Shown: positions 37,701 through 51,585 of the stretch, piece by piece
Layout of the letters: the number at the start of each line of letters is the position of its first letter
How positions within the stretch are numbered: position 1 is the first letter of the stretch
From: Felis catus
Lineage: Eukaryota
Direction of reading: 5' to 3'
Assembly (NCBI RefSeq): GCF_018350175.1
Contig: NC_058368.1
Location: forward strand, 180,360,001-180,424,000
Length of the DNA: 64,000 nucleotides
The notes under the pieces: generated by a model
Database searches by the model: none
Told to the model about the DNA's origin: nothing
The model's input: the letters and a program-made list of their open reading frames with translations, nothing else
Translations under genes and position numbers: made by a program

Positions 37701-38915
37701 AACCTTGTGTGGTGGGGGATTCATGGTAGCTCTCCCCTCCAGACAGTGGGGGCTTGAGGGATGGGAAGACGTGAACAAGAACCAACCAACCCCTCCAGTG
37801 GTCACAGTTCCCTGGATTAAGAGAGCCTACAGACAGACATCCCCAGGCTTGGAACTGTGCCCACAGAGTGGTGGGGGTGGATTTGAGGTTCAGAGAATGA
37901 GGAAGAGGTATAGTCAGACAGCGAGAAAAAGCAAGTGACTATAGAAGCTGCTGACTGTAGAGATGTGGCCTCCCTGGGAATCTACATGAGATGTCCCTTA
38001 GGACAGAGAAATCTCCTGGATGTTCTCCCTGGGGCTTCCAAGAGGGGTCCCAGGCACCTCTGTAATAACTATACACTGAGTCCTTCAGACATACCGAACA
38101 TGACTCAATGCAGGTTTGTTGCATGTGTGATTATTCCTAATAATAACGTGACTCAGTTTCCTCATCTATAAAGTGGAGTTAGCCAAAAGAACATTCTTTA
38201 GAGAGTTGCAGTGAGGATCAAATGAAGTCACTCAAGCAGAAACACTGAAAGTGCTTCCCGGCAGAGTAACTGCTCAACAAATCTTGCTAGTATAATAACG
38301 ATAAATAGCCATCAACGCACCTGCTCTAAAGAAACAATAGAGATGTACCTTGGTGGCAAGTCAGCTTCTACAAGTGAAAATTACACTTGGTCAAAGTTAT
38401 CCTGGGAACTCCTTAAGTCATCTATCTAGCACAGTGTGCGTGGCACCATGCATGCTCTTCTAGCAATTGGTGCGGGGGAAGAGGCCCTTGCTCCTACTGT
38501 GGGGCACATTTGCTGTTTGTCTTTAGGGGCTATGGGGAAAAAAAGTTTGTTTTTGTGTGTGTATCAGATCCTACTGGATCTACTGGAGGACATGAGACAG
38601 GTGCCCATAAGTGCCCAGCAATACTCGTTTCTATGACAGAATACTTGTTTTTACGACTAAAACTCAACTGAACGGAACAGACTTTAATGGCTTCAGGAAT
38701 TCAGAGATCTCTACTTTGAAAGGATTCCTCTCTTCTCCTTCTGAACCTCAACCTTGGGTGACAGTATCTTGAGTAAACACCAGTGGAGTAGAACTGGGAT
38801 CAAATGATTAGAGTGGCCTTAAAGAAGAGAGGGAGAGAGAGAGAGAGAAAGAGAGAGAGAGACAGGAAGGGGATTACGGGGCATCCCTATGCTCTTCATG
38901 GCAGGGTAGACTTAC

Positions 38916-38995
38916 TTCTTCAGGGTCTGAAAGCCACGCTCTTTGAACTGCAGCTCCTGCTGGAGGTGAACCATCTCTCTCTTTAGCTTGTTGAC
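38916..38995 (-). CDS. WWC1: WWC1 exon 5 (80 nt)
   Basis: Encodes VNKLKREMVHLQQELQFKERGFQTLK. CAG acceptor, GTAAGT donor, ends in phase 2. Confidence 0.96.
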
Positions 38996-40332
38996 CTGGA
39001 TGGCAGAAGGCCACACATGGGGCTAGATCAGAGGTTGATACAGAACTGCAGGCTGCCTTCTCCTCTAAGGGGAACCCAGAGCCCCCCCACTGCCCCTCAG
39101 GCCACAGGGTCACAACACCATCCCCTCAGTGATGCTGCCTTGGTCTCTGCAGCTGCTCATGTAGTCAGCATCCCAGCCTGGCTGTCCTGCAGGTCAATCC
39201 TGGCTAGCCCTCACTTGAGGGAAACAGGAAGTGGACAGGTGTCAGCTGACCTGGGATAGAACTTGGCCTTCCCACTGCCTTGCTGGACGACCTCTCTCGA
39301 GCCATCTCACCTCCCTGAGACTCCCTCTCCTGTTCTGATAGGTGAGGAATATGGTAATTCACAGGGCTGTGCATTACTTAAAGCAGGTAATGGGTATGGA
39401 GGTGAGAGGCAGTGCAATAACTTTAGAGGCAAGACATGGCCCGGGAGCTGGATTTGGCTTGTAGGAATGCTGTGTTTGGTTTGCAGTTATAAAATTTAAA
39501 AATTTAATTGCTAATAATGAAATATGGAGAGATTTCACATAATAAGCCTAAGTATAGCTCTCTTCTAAAAACAGAAGATCTGCCAACACTGAGCCCTCAT
39601 TCCAGCACAGCCACAATAGGGTAGGGCTGAAACTCAACGGCCCCTTTAGACAGGGCACACCTCTCTAAGGCTACATTCTTCCCAGCATACCCTACTGCTT
39701 CACCCCTGGCCCACTTCCCCCTTTTGTTTTCTTGTAGGCATGATTTTGGAAAACCTACCTGAAGTTATCACTGAGCCTGCGTTCCAAATACTGGCTTTCC
39801 CTTGAACAAGTCACTTAACTGCTGTGTCATAGTTCCACACCAGTAAAATGGGAATGATATTTATTCCCAAGAAGTCATGAAGTAATTATCATGAAGGAAC
39901 TAAATAAGACAATATAGAATAAGCCATAGCTAGGAAGAGAGCACACTGCGTTAAGAACTGTAAGTTCTTTGACCTTGTGTAAGCCCTGAATCCTTGTGAC
40001 CTTGGGGCAAGTTACCCTAAGCTTCTGTTTGCTCATCTTTAAGTGCAGATATGGACAACAGCTGCTTCGTGGGTTTGCTGGAGGAACACGAGACAGCATT
40101 CATGAAGCACTGAGCACCATGCTTGGTCTACAGTGACATGGTCGCTGCTGTTACCATTACAATTACTGTGACAGCTGCTATCACTGCTACTACTGCTGTT
40201 ATTTAGGGTCCTGTCAGTCAGCACCAGCCATCACTGCCTGATGGAAGCATCTCCTTTGGTCCAGTGGGTGGGCAAGTGGCCTGTGGTTGCCTCGGTGACC
40301 CCCCTTCCACAGTACAGGCAAAGAGGCCCTAC

Positions 40333-40409
40333 CCGGGATTTTGCTGTGGCAATTTCAGCTTTCAGGATCTCAGGGTCATACTTAGAGCTGGATGACGAAC
40401 CCGACACCA
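40333..40409 (-). CDS. WWC1: WWC1 exon 4 (77 nt)
   Basis: Encodes (L)[25 protein letters not shown]. Poly-T tract plus CAG acceptor, GTAGGG donor. Confidence 0.96.
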
Positions 40410-40547
40410 CTGCAATGAAAAAGAAAAAAAAAAAAGTTCTGTAGAAGAAACACATTTTGGGAGAGATGGCTTATTTGGACATCTACATAAACCCAGAAAG
40501 GAATCACTAATCATGAACAAACTAAATGGCCAACAAGGGGGGGGGGA

Positions 40548-40757
40548 TTTTTATTTTTTTAAGTTTATTTATTTATTTTGAGACAGAGAGCACACAAGCA
40601 GGGGAGGAGCAGAGACAGGGAGAGAAGGACTCCCAAGCAGGCTCTGCACCATCACCGCAGAGCCGGATGTGGGGCTTGAACTCATGAACTCTGAGATCAT
40701 GACCTGAGCTGAGATCAAGAGTCAGACGCTTAACTGGCTGAGCCACCCAGGCACCCC
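40548..40757 (-). mobile_element. Felid CAN-SINE
   Basis: Reverse SINE body ending gagccacccaggcacccc. Confidence 0.9.
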
Positions 40758-41159
40758 AGTGAAGGGGAATTTTGCTAAATAAACATGGTACATGCATAAG
40801 TGAGGATGATACAACTTAACGTGATTTAAAACAATTGTACACAGGAATTCTGAACAAGGGAAAATGTCCAAAACTTACTGCCACCTGAAAACAGTAGTTT
40901 ATAAAAAGCCATAAAGAGTAACTTAAATTTGTTAAATATACACAGTTAACAAACATATATATACACATATGCATCTAGAAAAAGCACAGAAAGAAATATA
41001 CCAAAAAGATAATGTTGGTATATAGAGATATGGATGATACATAAGACCAATTTTCATCTTTGTATTTTTATTTTCCACACTAAGAGGAATACATTTTTAT
41101 AATCAGAAAAATAACTAAAAGTATTATTTATTGTACTCTACAATATTAATGTACTTTAA

Positions 41160-41321
41160 AAAAATTTATTTGAGAGCATGCAAGCAGGGGAGAGGGAGAG
41201 AACTCCATGCTCAGTGCAGAGCCCAAGGTGGGGCTCAATCCCACAACCCTGAGATCATGACCTGAACGGATGTCAAGAGTTATCAAGAAGCGCTTAACCA
41301 ACTGAGTCACCCAGGTGCCCC
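41160..41321 (-). mobile_element. CAN-SINE with an internal deletion
   Basis: Reverse SINE body; flanking repeat ttaatgtac. Confidence 0.8.
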
Positions 41322-42724
41322 CTTAATGTACATTTTTAAGGGAAAATAAATTACCCATAACCCCACCACCCTAATTCAATTCTCTTTTCTCAAAGTTACT
41401 TTGATTATCCACAGTTGTTATGTAGTTGTAATCACTGCATTTAAAAAATTTTAAAATAGTATTTATGTCTTGAAAAGATATTTTAAGGCTTACAAAAGTG
41501 AACATAAGAGTAAAATACATTTGAAGTAAGGACATGAGACGAAGGGAAGACAAGAATGAGGAATCACATCCACAGGTGTGAGGTTAGTTAGGGCTCATGC
41601 AAACATGGAGGGTCCCCTTCCTTACCAGACACCACAAACCTGGCTCTGAGCTTCCTAACTGGTGATGTGAAGAGGGAAAGGGGCCCAATGTACAATTCAT
41701 GGTGTCCTTAATATAAACACAACCCCACTGTTCACGAAAAGGATAGGGGTTCTTAGTATGGAGGCCAGAGAAGAGCTTCTCCCCTGGGGCCTTAATCCCA
41801 ACCAGGTGTGCAATTCCATCATTTCCTACCCCCCGCCCCCCACCCCTCACATCCCACCTAGTGTCTTCTGGACACTACGTGTGCACGTGCACAGTGAGAT
41901 CAACTGCTGGGGCCTGGAGTTTCCTGAGGACAGAGACTGGTGGCAATTTCCAGTGTTGGGAGGTAGGGCCTTCTGGTTATGCACGAGTTAAAATGGAATA
42001 CTGAAAAGTTCCGGAGAAGGGAAATAAAACTGTCTGCATAATAACAGTAAAGATGATAGGCGGTGTTGCCTTTGTGCCCAGTTTACAGTGATGATGATGA
42101 TGAGGAGGAGGCTTTACCAGAAGAGATGGGTGGTGGGAACATCTGGATGGGTGGGGAAGACCTTGCAGTCCCCATTGTCAGCTTGGAATAGGGACTTCAG
42201 AATCACATGTTTGTTTCCAACTGGAAGCTTTCATTTCCTGCATTCTAATTCCTCTGATGTTTGCTGAACTTAGGGATTTCAGGGTGGGATTTGGCTGGAT
42301 ACATAGCTGGAGGCAGTGATTTAAGCAATTTCCCCTTGACAGTCTTTTTTCAACAAAATTTTAAGGTCATTAATATTTGTTACCCACTGATTAATTGTAA
42401 GAACATGATGAAAAGAGTCACTGGTGAAGAAAAAAGATGGGGATACACTCAAAAGGGGGTGTCCATTCTATGAGCACCCCATCCTGTCAACCACTCTGCT
42501 AACCAGGCTGTGCCACTGGACTTGGGTCTACACCACAGGGAACTGTAAACGAGAGAGTGTTAGCAGCCTGGGAGAACCATGAAGGACTGTAAGACCTACC
42601 CTAACAGGGAGAGCATGACTGTGGGGACCAGAAACACCAGTGCTGATCTGTGGAAAGTGGGCGTGCTCCTTGGACATGCTCAAAAATCTTGGAGGGAAGG
42701 GAACCCAAAAAAGGACAGACTCCT

Positions 42725-42927
42725 GGGGCACCTGGGTGGCTCAGTCGGTTGAGCAACCGACTTCGGCTCAGGTCATAAGCTTGCGGTTCGTAAGTTCGAG
42801 CCTCATGTTGGGCTCTCTGCTGTCAGTACAGAGTCTGCTTTAGATCCTCTGTCTCCCTCTCTCTGCCCCTCCCCTGCTTGCTCTCTCTTTCAAAAATAAA
42901 TATTTTTAAAAGTTAATGAAAAAAAAA
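42725..42927 (+). mobile_element. Felid CAN-SINE
   Basis: ggggcacctgggtggctcagtcggttgagc head and A-tail. Confidence 0.9.
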
Positions 42928-42948
42928 GGAGAGGCTTGATTTTATTCC

Positions 42949-42984
<36 letters not shown>

Positions 42985-43096
42985 GGACTCCCACCAACTG
43001 AGCCACTGGGGGCTTGGATTCTTATGCTTTGGAGTACCACCGTGAAATGCACTATTTGTATCCAAAGCTGTTGAAATGGGATGTAGTCTGTTACCA

Positions 43097-43368
43097 TTTT
43101 TTTTTTAAGTTTATTTATTTTGAGAGAGAGCAAGAGCATGGGAGTGAGCTGGGGGTGGGGGTGGGGGGGGGAGAGGGAGAGGGAGAGGGAGAGGGAGGGG
43201 GAGAGGGAGAGGGAGAGGGAGAGGGAGAGGGAGAGAGAGAGAGAGAGAAAGAGAATCCCAAGCGCCTCCACACTGATACAGGGTTTGATCCCATGAACTG
43301 TGAGATCATGACCTGAGCTGAAATCAAGAGTCAAAAACACTTAACTGACTGAGCCACCCAGGCATCCT
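43097..43368 (-). mobile_element. CAN-SINE with expanded (GGGAGA)n internal repeat
   Basis: Reverse SINE body with a hexamer array at about 43150-43245; TSD ctgtta(c/t)cattt. Confidence 0.88.
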
Positions 43369-44981
43369 GCCTGTTATCATTTCTTAAGTAAACATTTTAC
43401 ATAAGTAAAAAATGCATGTGGAAAGGTGCACAAATCGTGTGCAGCTTGATGAATTTTCACAAAAGAAACACACTCAGCCAATAAGCACCACAATCAAGAA
43501 AAAGGTCATTGACCTCCTTCCCCTTGTGCCACTATCCCCTCACTATCCCTCCAACAAAGGAATTTTATATTCGAACAGGACCTCACAGGGTGACTTTAAA
43601 TGCCCACCTTTTTATAGCTTTTGATTTGTAAGCTTTTTTTCAAGTTACAGATGACCACAAGTTTAACAGTCCAACATAGTACAAGGTTTGTTATAAAAAG
43701 AAAACATTCCCCAGGTCCCTATCCCTCACTCCTGAAAAGGGAATCATTTCAATGTGTTCAGCTAATTTCTTGATTACCAAGAGGCAGCAAGTTATTTTTG
43801 TTTTAGGCATTATGTACTTACTTACCTCTCTGGAGGACAGGGAGTTAGCTTCCCACCCTTCTCCAGGCCTGACATGGTACATGTGCACCCCTCCCAGCTC
43901 CCCATCCTCGGAGACAGCATAATCTTGGTGAAAGCCATCTTCAGTGTTTGCATTACTTTTACTCTGTAAACACCACTTGGGCCAGAGGCATGTAGCTGAC
44001 TTTGCTTACTTTTCTTTCCCGGCACATTTTTTTGGGTTTGTTTTTCCTAGAGTTAATAATTGTCATTTTTATGCTTGCTCACTTTCTACAAACTGATCAC
44101 AGATTCAACCTCACGCTCTGCCAGTTATCTGAATCTCCCCTCACAGGGTCCAGGCCCGTCTGCGTCCTGCTGGTTTCTGCCCTTTGGCTCTGCCTGGCCC
44201 AGGCACGTGCCTGCTTTGGCGTGAGCTGGTTGCTGTCTGTGCTGCGGGCATCCTGAGATGCCCTTCCTGCCTCTCTCCTCTTTCCTAAACACCATGTCTT
44301 CCCCTCCTACCAGCTCATTTCAGTAGAACACCAGCAGCTTCCCAAGGAGGAGGCCACAAAGGAAAGAAGCTTTTGAAATCATGCATGTCTAAAAATATCT
44401 TTGTTCTACCCTATAGTTGATTAAAGGTAGTTTTGCAGGATATAGAATTCTAGGTCGTAAGTGATTTTCCTTAAAAATTTGAAGTCATGGCTCCATTGTT
44501 CTAGGTTTCTAGTGTTACTGTTGAGCTACTCTGAGCTCTGATAATTTTTGTGTGGCCTGGTTTTTCTCTCCGAACGCTTTCAGGATCTTGGATCGTTCCA
44601 TGTTTGAAGCGGTACAAACGTATGTCTTGGTGTGAGTGGACTTTCATGCATTGTGCTCACTAAGCCCTTTCAATCTAAGAACTCTCTTCCAACTGTTCTG
44701 GGAAATTCTTCTGAAATTATTTTACCTGATGCTTTTCTTCTCTGTTTCCTCTGGAACTTTTCATTATTCTGATAGGTTTCCTGGCCTGGTGCTCTACTTT
44801 TTTTTTTTCCCCCTCTCTTCTTTTCCATCTCATTGTATTTTTGCTCTGATTTTTTAGAAGATTTCTTCAGGCTTACCTTCCAATCTTCCTACAGATTTTA
44901 AATTTCTGCTATAGCATTTTAATTTTTAAAGGTTCTTTTGTGTTCTCTTAATGTTCCTTTCTATAAAATATAGCATCCCTT

Positions 44982-45194
44982 GGGGCGCCTGGGTGGCGCA
45001 GTCGGTTGGGTGTCCGACTTCAGCTCAGGTCACGATCTCGCGGTCCATGAGTTCGAGCCCCGCGTCGGGCTCTGGGCTGATGGCTCAGAGCCTGGAGCCT
45101 GTTTCCGATTCTGTGTCTCCCTCTCTCTCTGCCCCTCTCCCGTTCATGCTCTGTCTCTCTCTGTCTCAAAAATAAATAAACGTTAAAAAAATAA
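44982..45194 (+). mobile_element. Young felid CAN-SINE
   Basis: CpG-rich body; TSD ataaaatatagcatccc on both sides. Confidence 0.93.
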
Positions 45195-45380
45195 ATAAAA
45201 TATAGCATCCCGTTCTTGTTTCATGGGTGTGTAGCTTCTCTTGATGTTTTCTCCACATATACTCCCTGTTCCCACAAGGCCTCCCCATCACCAAGGGTTT
45301 GTTTTCATCTCTATTTTGCATGTCAGAGGCTTTGCTCAGGTGTCTGGAATCTCAGTTGTCTGCTCCAAAAGCAGAATGGA

Positions 45381-45599
45381 GGGGCGCCTGGGTGGTTTAG
45401 TCAGATGAGCGACCAACTTTGGCTCAGGTCATGATCTCATGGTCTGTGAGTTCGAGCCCCGTGTCGGGCTCTGTGCTGACAGCTCAGAGCCTGGAGCCTG
45501 CTTCGGATTCTGTGTCTCCCTCTCTCTCTCTGCCCTTCCTCCACTCATGCTGTGCCTCTGTCTCAGAAATAAACATTAGAAAAAATTAAAAAAAAAAAA
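45381..45599 (+). mobile_element. Felid CAN-SINE
   Basis: Full body; TSD aaaagcagaatgga. Confidence 0.92.
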
Positions 45600-46454
45600 A
45601 AAAGCAGAATGGAGTGAGGTTTGTTGACTGTGGCTTATATGGTACATGCTTTGGCTGGACTGTTTCATCCAGAAATGCTCAATGTCTTTACATCTCTTTT
45701 ATCTGGTCAGATTCCCTAGCCTCTGCTACTATCCAGCCTGGGTGGTAATAGCCTGGCACCATTCTGGGGACCAAGTGGTACATGTGAGCTGGGATCTCAA
45801 ATCCTATGGGTCCGAGTTCACTTAATCACTGTGTTTTCAGTGTGGTGGACCCCACCTTGTATCCTGCCAGGTTGGGGATGGGCTGTATGATTTGGGGAAG
45901 AGATTTGCTTGTCCTTTTCCTAAAACAGCTTTTACCCAATCCTCTTTATCTCAGGGCCTCCTCAAACTTGACTTACATTCCCAAGGACAGCTGAGGATTC
46001 CAATTCCCACGACTTTTGCCAGTGATCTACGTAGACCAGAGTGCTGGTTTTCCTCACGATCAGCTTGTATTCTCTTTTCTCAGGTCTATCAGATAGGTTG
46101 TCACCTGCCCATCTGCTTTCCAGCTTCCACATCTTATTGTCACTCTTTTTTCTCCCAGTCTCCCTGTCTTTGTGCATGTACTCCTTAAAAAGGAAATCTC
46201 TTATTTTGCATTGTCTTGGTTTCAGGAGTGAGGGAAATCAGGTAGGTGGTTCAACTGGCATTTTTAACTACAAGGTTCCCAATGATTGCTTTTTCAAATG
46301 GGAAACCAAGGCCTAGAAAGAGGAAGGAACATGGTGAGGGCCCAAAGAACCCAGTTATCCTGAGTTCTCATCTTTCAGAGGATGGGAGAACCCAAATGTA
46401 ACACAAGAACCTTAGAATTTGACTGATGACTTGTATTAAATTAAGAGAAAATTA

Positions 46455-46674
46455 AAAAAAAAATTTTTTAATGTTTTTATTTATTTCTGACACAGAGAGA
46501 GACAGAGTATGAGTGGGGAAGGGGCATAAAGGGATGGAGACACAGAATGTGACGCAGACTCCAGACTCTGAGCTGTCAGCACAGAGCCCGATGTGGGACT
46601 CAAACTCATGGACTGCGAGATCATGACCTGAGCCAAAGTTGGATGCTTAACTGACTGAGCCACCCAGGTGCCTC
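46455..46674 (-). mobile_element. Felid CAN-SINE
   Basis: Reverse full-length body. Confidence 0.9.
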
Positions 46675-47530
46675 AAGAGAAATGTTTTTGAGGTTAGATA
46701 CTCCTGGGTATAAAGGCTCTGCCACTTTTTACCAGTGTGACCTTGAAGAAGCTCCTTCCCCTCTCTGGGCCTCAGTTTCCTGATATGTAAAAAAGAAACA
46801 ATATTTGCAGGACAGTTGGGAGGGGAAGGTTACTTTAAATAATGGATGTGGAATGCCCATCACATTGCCCTGCAGGAATATAACAGGTGCACAACAAATA
46901 TTAGTTCTCTTTCCCCATGGAGCCAGAGACTGCACCAGAGGTGCTGACAAAGCCTCCACCCCCAGGACCCCACCTGTGGCCAGGCCCCACCTCAGCCAAG
47001 GCCAGGTGGCAAAACTCTCACAAGCTCAGGCAAGCCATCTGAATTAGAAACAAGGCATGTGACCTCACCAGTCTATCAACATGTTGGAGAGCTTGACTTG
47101 GAAGACAAAGCTGGTTTTAAAACCCACAGAAAGTCATGAGGAGGAAGGGTCATGTCTTTTTAACTGGGATGCTTAGTCTGGGGACACCCCAATTCCTGGA
47201 TGGTTTGGATCTCAGATCTGGTTACCAGAGATGACCTCAGTCACTTTAGGTGGAAGTTCTTTAACATTCAAACCAGTGGTGCCTTTGAACTTGATGGAGT
47301 CATATGATAAGACTGCATCATTATTTCCTACCACTGATCATGTATTTATTCTTATTAGTTCCAGAGATCTGTTAAAATCTTTTGTCATTTCAATGCCAAT
47401 AAATTAATAATATCAAACAATTGTTATTATTTATTGAGCTTAAGAATATGACAAGTACTTTTCCAAGTACTTTACATCTGTTAACTAATTTAAGTCTCAT
47501 AACACCCCAATGAAGGTGATACCATTATTA

Positions 47531-47731
47531 TTTTTTTAAATGTTTATTTATTTTTGAGAGAAAGAGAGAGAGCAGGTGAAGGGCAGAGAGAGAGGGAGAC
47601 ATAGAATCTGAAGCAGGCTCCAGGCTCTGAGCTGTCAGCACAGAACCTGATGTGGGGATTGAACTTACAAACTGTAAGATCATGATCTGAGCTGAAGTCG
47701 ACACTTAACCGACTGAGCCACCCAGGTGCCC
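47531..47731 (-). mobile_element. Felid CAN-SINE
   Basis: Reverse body; TSD aaggtgataccatt. Confidence 0.9.
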
Positions 47732-47947
47732 TAAGGTGATACCATTTTTATGTCAATTTTATAGAAGAATTTGAGGCAGAGAGAAGTAGCATATAACTTG
47801 GGCAAAGTTACACAGCTAGTAAATGGCATATCCTGGATGTGAACCCAGGCAGTCTAGCTTGAGTTCATACTCTCAAAATATTATGTAAAGTATTTAAGAA
47901 GAATGTTGAACCATTAACATATTCTAAGGGTACTGATTTACTGATAC

Positions 47948-48168
47948 CAGTGGTTTTAAACTGGGAGAATTTTGCATCCCCCTAGAGTATATTTGGCAAT
48001 GTCTGGAGACATTTTTGGTTGTTATAGCCTGCAGTAGGGGGTACTATTAGCATCTAGTGGGTAGAGACCAGAAGTACTGCTCAACAACCCACAATATATA
48101 GGACAGTCCCTACAGTGAAGATTTAGCTGGCCTCCAATGTCAGTAGTACTGAGGTTGAGAAACTCTGA
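47948..48168 (-). mobile_element. MER20 hAT-Charlie element
   Basis: Motifs 'atttggcaatgtctggagacatttttggttgt', 'gcatctagtgggtagagaccag' and 'gaggttgagaaactctg'. Confidence 0.8.
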
Positions 48169-49436
48169 CATGGACCCAGGAGAGGAAGGTACCATAACAT
48201 TTTATATTTAAACAGAAGGGATCATACACATAAAGAGGTGAAGTATGTTCTCCAAGAGGACACAGTAACAGTGGAGATTCAAACTCAGGCCCTCTGACTT
48301 CAAAGTCCAATGATGGTCATCTCCTACCATCAGGCTTCTCTGTGGAAATATATCATTCCTGCCCATTTGGCTCTTTTCCCCACCTTGACTTTTTGTTTTG
48401 GAAACTAAATGTATAGCAAATTTGAAAGACTAATATAATATTAATATACCCTTCTTTTCCTAGGTCCACCAATTTTTAACATTTCCCCACATTTGTTCTA
48501 TCTATCCCTCCCTCCACTCCAATTCTTCCTCTCACTGAGACACCCGGTTCATAGAAAGCCCTCAATGAATGATTACTGAAAATGGTGGGTGGCCAAAAAA
48601 TGCAAACCTGTCCTCTATTCAAAGCCACCAACATGTCATTGGCAGCTACTGATCAGCTTACTGAGACTGATGGCATAGTTATATTGTTTTTTTTTTCCTG
48701 CTAGATCTTTTTTGAAATTAAGCTGTAGACATGATGCCACATGCATGTCTTAAGAACAAGGACATTCTCCTACATAGCCACAATATGATGATCACAATTA
48801 AGACAATCTTCCAAATATCTGAGAATGTCTGTTATGGCTGCTTCCTCCTCACCCTCCCACCCCCCTGCCTGCAACCTCAACCCAGGGTCTAACCAGGGTG
48901 CAAACATTTAATCTGGTTTATGCCTCCATTGGTTTTTGTTGTTGTTGTTAAGTATAGAAGAGTTTCCCCTCTTTCTAGTTTTTCACACTTTTCCCCCCTC
49001 GAAGAGTCCAGGCCAATTATATTGTAGGACATTCCACATTATGGAGCTGTCTGGCTGTTTCTTGATGATTTGATGGATGGTAAATATTTTTGTCAAGAAT
49101 CCTCCACAATGTTCTTACTGCATCACATCAGAAAGCACACGATGTCAGTTCGTCTCCTTACGGTGATGCTAATTTTACACCTGTGTAAGGTGGTAGCTGC
49201 AGTTCTTTCCATGTGAAAATACACTTTACCTTCTGAAATTCATAACTGACTTGTGGGGTGATACTGTGGGTCCATGTAAGCATCCTGTCCCCCAAAATAC
49301 GAAGGTTCATTTTTATACACACTTGTCACTTCTCAGACTGCAGGGCTTCAGGAGAAAACAAAATCACCCCACCTCTTCAAATCTGAGCTTCACTAGGGAC
49401 AATAATATCTCCCTGCCAGGACTGTGGCAAGGATGA

Positions 49437-49810
49437 TGCTATAGATTGAATTCCCTCCTCCCTGCCCCCAATCCATATGTTGAAGCCCTAACCCCCAATG
49501 GGATGGTATCTGAAGAAAGGTCTTTGGGAGGTGATTAGGTTTAGATGAGGTCACGAGGGTGGGGCTTTCATGATGGGATTAGTGACTGTACAAGAAGAGA
49601 CTGTGCTCTCTGTCTCCCTCTCTGCTATGTGATGACACAGTGAGAAGGCAGCCATCTGCCAGCCAGAAAGAGGGCTCTCACTAGAACCAGACCATGCTGA
49701 CACCCTGATCTTGGACTTCAAGCTCCAGAACTATGGGAAAATATATTTCTGTTGTTTAAGCCACCTAGTCTCTGAGATTCTGTTATGGCAGCCTGAGCTG
49801 CCTAAAACAG
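49437..49810 (+). mobile_element. MLT1A0-like MaLR solo LTR
   Basis: Motifs 'catatgttgaagccctaacccccaatg', 'gattaggtttagatgaggtca' and 'ttctgttgtttaagccacc..tgttatggcagcctgagctg'. Confidence 0.8.
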
Positions 49811-51381
49811 ATTAAGTGCTAAAACGCTCATGACAGTCTCTAGGACATTACTTGACCTAGAAAAAGGTAATAAGTATAATACAGTTCTTTTCCATAATCT
49901 GAGACTCTGGGGATTTGCTTGAGTCGCCAGGGAAAAGGGCAGGGCTGGGAAAGTGAGTAACTGGGCAAGTTCTGTCCCCAAGGAGGACTGAACTTCTCAA
50001 AATGAGGGCTTCACACAGGAGAAGTATCCAGTGACGCAGCCAAGCTATGTCAACCTAACAGCATGGCCTAGTGCTGGCCCCTTCGCCCACACTGAGGATG
50101 CTGGAGGGGGAGATGGGATGGATTTACAACTTACTGCTGCTCTCACCAGCTCTAAGACCCTGGGCATGTCATCAAGTCCGCTAACCTGTTTCCTTCCCTA
50201 TTACAGGGGATATTAACTGTCCTCATCCACAGGATTATTATGAGGATTCAGTGAATAGCATTTTCAGCCTGACATGTACTAAGCACTCAAAAAACATGGG
50301 GCAGGGCTGGTTATTAGAAATAGTGGTAAAAGACAAAAAACCCCAACACATTGGCAAATGTAAGTAGGCTCCTGAACAGGTATTGGTCTGGTACTGCACT
50401 GAGAATGAAGGACTGGGGCCTTGGCATGCCTATTCTCCTGAAGATACCAGTGCGAACCAGGGAGACAGGAGCCCCGCCCTTACAGAGTTAACATGCCACT
50501 GGACATAATACAGACATGTAAGCAGATGTCTTGTGACACATGCAATGAAGAAAATAAACAGAGAGCCATTACAAAGGCTAACACTGGGGAAGGGAGTCTG
50601 TTGATGGAGCTGTCAGAAGCGAGCCTCTCAGAGGAGATGACAGGAAGAATGGGACTGGAAGGGTGAGACCAGAAGGGTAAGAGGGAACCAGCTATGCAAA
50701 CAGACAGAAGAGCATCCTAGGCAGGGGTGCAGCAAGTGCAAAAGTGCCAAGGTGGAAAGGTGCAGGGCAGGCTAGGGGAGCAGAGTGGGGGGCTCTGGAG
50801 CCCAGTGAACGAGGAATTTTTGTGCAGCAAGTGGCCGCATGAGACGAGGCTGGGTGGCTGCAGGAGCCTGACCACAAAGGGCAGTGGAGGCTGTGGAAGG
50901 AACGATGGGAAGCCACTGAAGGTTTTTTGTTTAAATTGTGGTGAAATATACATAGCGTAAAATTCATTTTTAAGTGTCCAGTTCAGGGGCATTAAGTACA
51001 TTTACAGTGTTGTGCAACCACCACCACTGTCCATCTCCAGACCATTTTCATCCTCCCAACTTCAAGCTCTCTCCGTTGAAGAAGAACTCCCACAACCCAC
51101 ATCCTCTAGCCTTTGAAGGGCTTTAAATGAGGAGGTCTGTAAGCTGGCTGATAGTCTGAGATGACTGCAGACGAATGAAAGGCATGGAATGAAAGAGGCA
51201 TATGAATCACTGCAAGGCAGAAGCAGAAGGGCTTCGGAGAGGATGGTGGTTTGCACGAGAAGCAGAGATGGAAGAAAACTGGCAGATCTAAGAAGCACTG
51301 AGAGGCGAGCCAGACAGGACTGGGTGCAGTCCTTCCCGCCATCGTGCAGGGGTGCAGGCGCTGGTGGCGGGAGGTACTCAC

Positions 51382-51585
51382 AGCTGACCTGGGAGCCCAG
51401 CTTGTGCTCCCAGACGGCGTGCAGCTGCTGATACTCCTGCTGTGCGAGCTCTAGGCGCTGCTGCTTCACCTGGTAGATCTCCTTCTGCGCGCTCAAGGCC
51501 TCCTGGGCCACCACCAGGTAATCCTTCAGCATGTGCTCCTGCTCCTGCCGCCATTGCACCCGGGGGTCCTCGATCTGAGTGGTTT
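51382..51585 (-). CDS. WWC1: WWC1 exon 3 (204 nt), end of WW2 and coiled coil
   Basis: Encodes (K)[70 protein letters not shown] acceptor, GTGAGT donor, phase 1/1. Confidence 0.97.

Larger units (their letters stand above)
44340..46290 (-). mobile_element. Old, degraded L1 fragment interrupted by two SINEs
   Basis: T-rich antisense L1-like motifs such as 'ttttgcaggatatagaattctagg' and 'ggctccattgttcta'. Confidence 0.5.

Noticed and set aside
43815..43890. Strong donor GAG|GTAAGT in intron 3
   Set aside because: The two annotated ORF frames upstream end in phase 0 and 2, not the phase 1 that exon 4 needs. There is no clear acceptor, and the context looks like an old repeat.
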